Source: a virus. From it: a stretch of 64,000 nt of DNA. This document shows positions 62,601 to 64,000 of this stretch, one piece after another (positions within the stretch are counted from its first letter, which is position 1; the number at the start of each line of letters is the position of its first letter). Made by a program: the position numbers and the translations under genes. The notes under the pieces are model-generated. The model ran no database searches. It was not told where the DNA came from and saw nothing but the letters and a program-made list of their open reading frames with translations. The stretch lies in IMG/VR virus record IMGVR_UViG_3300045256_000173; one strand, given 5' to 3'.

Positions 62601-62637
62601 GCGCCCCACCCCCGCCGTGAGGCTGGGGGTGGGGCGC
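62601..62637. terminator. Hairpin between the convergent lysis and accessory genes
   Basis: 13-bp stem GCGCCCCACCCCC/GGGGGTGGGGCGC. Confidence 0.65.
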
Positions 62638-62676
62638 CCTAGGTGCCGCCGCTGGGGAGCGGGAGCGGCACCCAGA

Positions 62677-62913
62677 TCAGGGAGTCCGATCCAGGAACCG
62701 GCGCCGGTGCGCGTACCGCAGCGCGAAGTGCACGGTCAGCCAGACGACGAGACCGCCGAACCCGAACGCGAACACCTCGCCGGGGACGTACCGGACGATC
62801 AGGTAGGTCCACGGGATGGTGCCCGCGTTGCCGTCCCATGACGCCCAGCACTCCATCACCAGGGCCACCGCGGTGACGGCGAGGAAGGCGACGGTGAAGA
62901 CCGCCCGCTTCAC
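62677..62913 (-). CDS. Small two-TM membrane protein of the lysis cassette
   Basis: GTGA-coupled to the holin; two hydrophobic helices. Confidence 0.6.
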   Translation of the reverse strand: MKRAVFTVAFLAVTAVALVMECWASWDGNAGTIPWTYLIVRYVPGEVFAFGFGGLVVWLTVHFALRYAHRRRFLDRTP

Positions 62914-63302
62914 AGGTGAGCCGGATCCGTCGGCACCGGGGCCACGTCGTCGCCGCGCACCGCCTTCACCGTCGCCGGCTGCGCGTAGACCGGCTTCGCG
63001 CGGGTCAGGCCGAGGGCGAGGAGGATGTGACCCAGCCTCGGGTACCGCTTCTCGACCAGTCGGGCGGCGATGTAGTAGCCGGCGGTGACCAGGCCGGTGG
63101 TGGCCACGACGACCGTGGAACTCGCGTGGGCGGGGACGACGATGTTCCAGTGCGCGGCCACCCAGGCGAGGACCGAGCCGATGAGGATCGGCACCCACGT
63201 GCGGATGGTCGAGTCGACCAGGCCGGGGCGGATGTACTCGCGCAGCACCTCCACGACGATGCTGTCCTGCGTGTCGGCCGGCTGCGGGGGGAACTCGGAC
63301 AT
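62910..63302 (-). CDS. Holin
   Basis: STIRTWVPILIGSVLAWVA...YYIAARLVEKRYP actinophage holin pattern; GGAGGG RBS. Confidence 0.75.
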   Translation of the reverse strand: MSEFPPQPADTQDSIVVEVLREYIRPGLVDSTIRTWVPILIGSVLAWVAAHWNIVVPAHASSTVVVATTGLVTAGYYIAARLVEKRYPRLGHILLALGLTRAKPVYAQPATVKAVRGDDVAPVPTDPAHL

Positions 63303-63350
63303 GACCCCTCCTGGGATCTTCGGATTCGATGGGAAAGAGCGGTGTGCGGT

Positions 63351-63690
63351 TCAGCGGCCGTGGCCCCACTCGGGATGCCCGGCCAGGAACCCGTTGACGG
63401 CGTCGTTGAGGCTCGGCCCGCCGGTCGTGCAGTCGGGCCGCTGGTCGTAGCGCCACACCGTGGCCAGGTAGCGGGCCAGGGTGGTCCGCTGACCCGGCTC
63501 GACCGCCGCTGTGGGCACCGTCTGCACCCACAGCGACCAGCGGGTGTCGCGCTGCGCTGCCGCGGCCCGACCCAGCCAGGTGTTGACGAACTCGGTGGCC
63601 TCCCGGCCGCCCGGCTCCGACAGCTCCGGTGCCCGCACGTTGAGCAGCCGCAGCTCAGGTTCGGCGCGCAGCCCGAACCCGCCGTCGGCA
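63351..63690 (-). pseudogene. Thermonuclease (SNase)-like gene lacking its N-terminal DGDT motif
   Basis: DGGFGL...LRLLNVRAPEL..PGGREATEF...TLARYLATV...SLND pattern. Confidence 0.5.
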
Positions 63691-63836
63691 CACCGCGACC
63701 AGGCCGGCGCCGAGCGGCGGCTGGTCGAGCTGATGTGGGAAGGCGAGTGGGTGGAAGTGCCGGCCGCGTACGACTCGGCGGGCCAACCGCTGGACGGCGG
63801 TTGGCGGCGCGCCGGCGGCGGCTGGGTGCGGGAGGA

Positions 63837-64000
63837 CTAGTCGAGGCTGATCGGCGGCGGGTCCGGCCACTCCGGGTTGATCTGACGTAGCGTCGCCACC
63901 GCGTCGGCGTCCCACGTCTGATGCGACGCGAACGCGGCGCGGAGCCGCCGCTGGTCGTCCTCGGTGCCAGCGATTCGCTCGGCCAGAGCCTTCAACTGGG
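63837..64000 (-). CDS. C-terminus of a lysis-region protein, partial
   Basis: Manually read QLKALAERIAGTEDDQRRL...WDADAVATLRQINPEWPDPPPISLD*. Confidence 0.55.
   Translation of the reverse strand, partial: QLKALAERIAGTEDDQRRLRAAFASHQTWDADAVATLRQINPEWPDPPPISLD

Noticed and set aside
1-64000. CRISPR array, reverse transcriptase/DGR, rRNA
   Set aside because: No regularly spaced repeat-spacer array, RT (Y/F)xDD-type gene or rRNA-like sequence was seen; the Cas4-like exonuclease sits in a normal phage recombination module

Overview
High-GC actinobacterial temperate siphovirus (Micromonospora-like by inference from GC content and gene families). Almost all genes lie on the minus strand. From right to left the window holds the end of a lysis cassette and accessory genes (57-64 kb), then a tRNA(CAT) 3'-half attachment site (56.7 kb). 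Next come a tyrosine integrase, a CI/Cro switch and Xis, followed by about 45 early genes (Dam, C5-MTase, PAPS-reductase-like, DUF5131, ParB, RuvC, exonucleases, recombinase-like, SSB, clamp-like, DnaB, replication initiator). An intact IS605 (tnpA + tnpB) follows, then an intein-containing TerL, portal, MuF, protease/scaffold and Mu-gpT-like capsid. The neck genes, tail tube, chaperones with a -1 frameshift, tape measure, Dit and the start of a minor tail gene end the window. The strongest leads are: (1) orphan antitoxin-like genes, namely a Phd/YefM with TGTACA operators and two stand-alone minimal nucleotidyltransferases; (2) a TnpB whose CTAC target motif can be read from the IS ends; (3) an att site with arm-like repeats and phage genes on both sides (attP or tandem-prophage junction); (4) an unusual neck/head fibre module and a portal C-terminal domain. 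All assignments come from motif recognition only; no searches were run.
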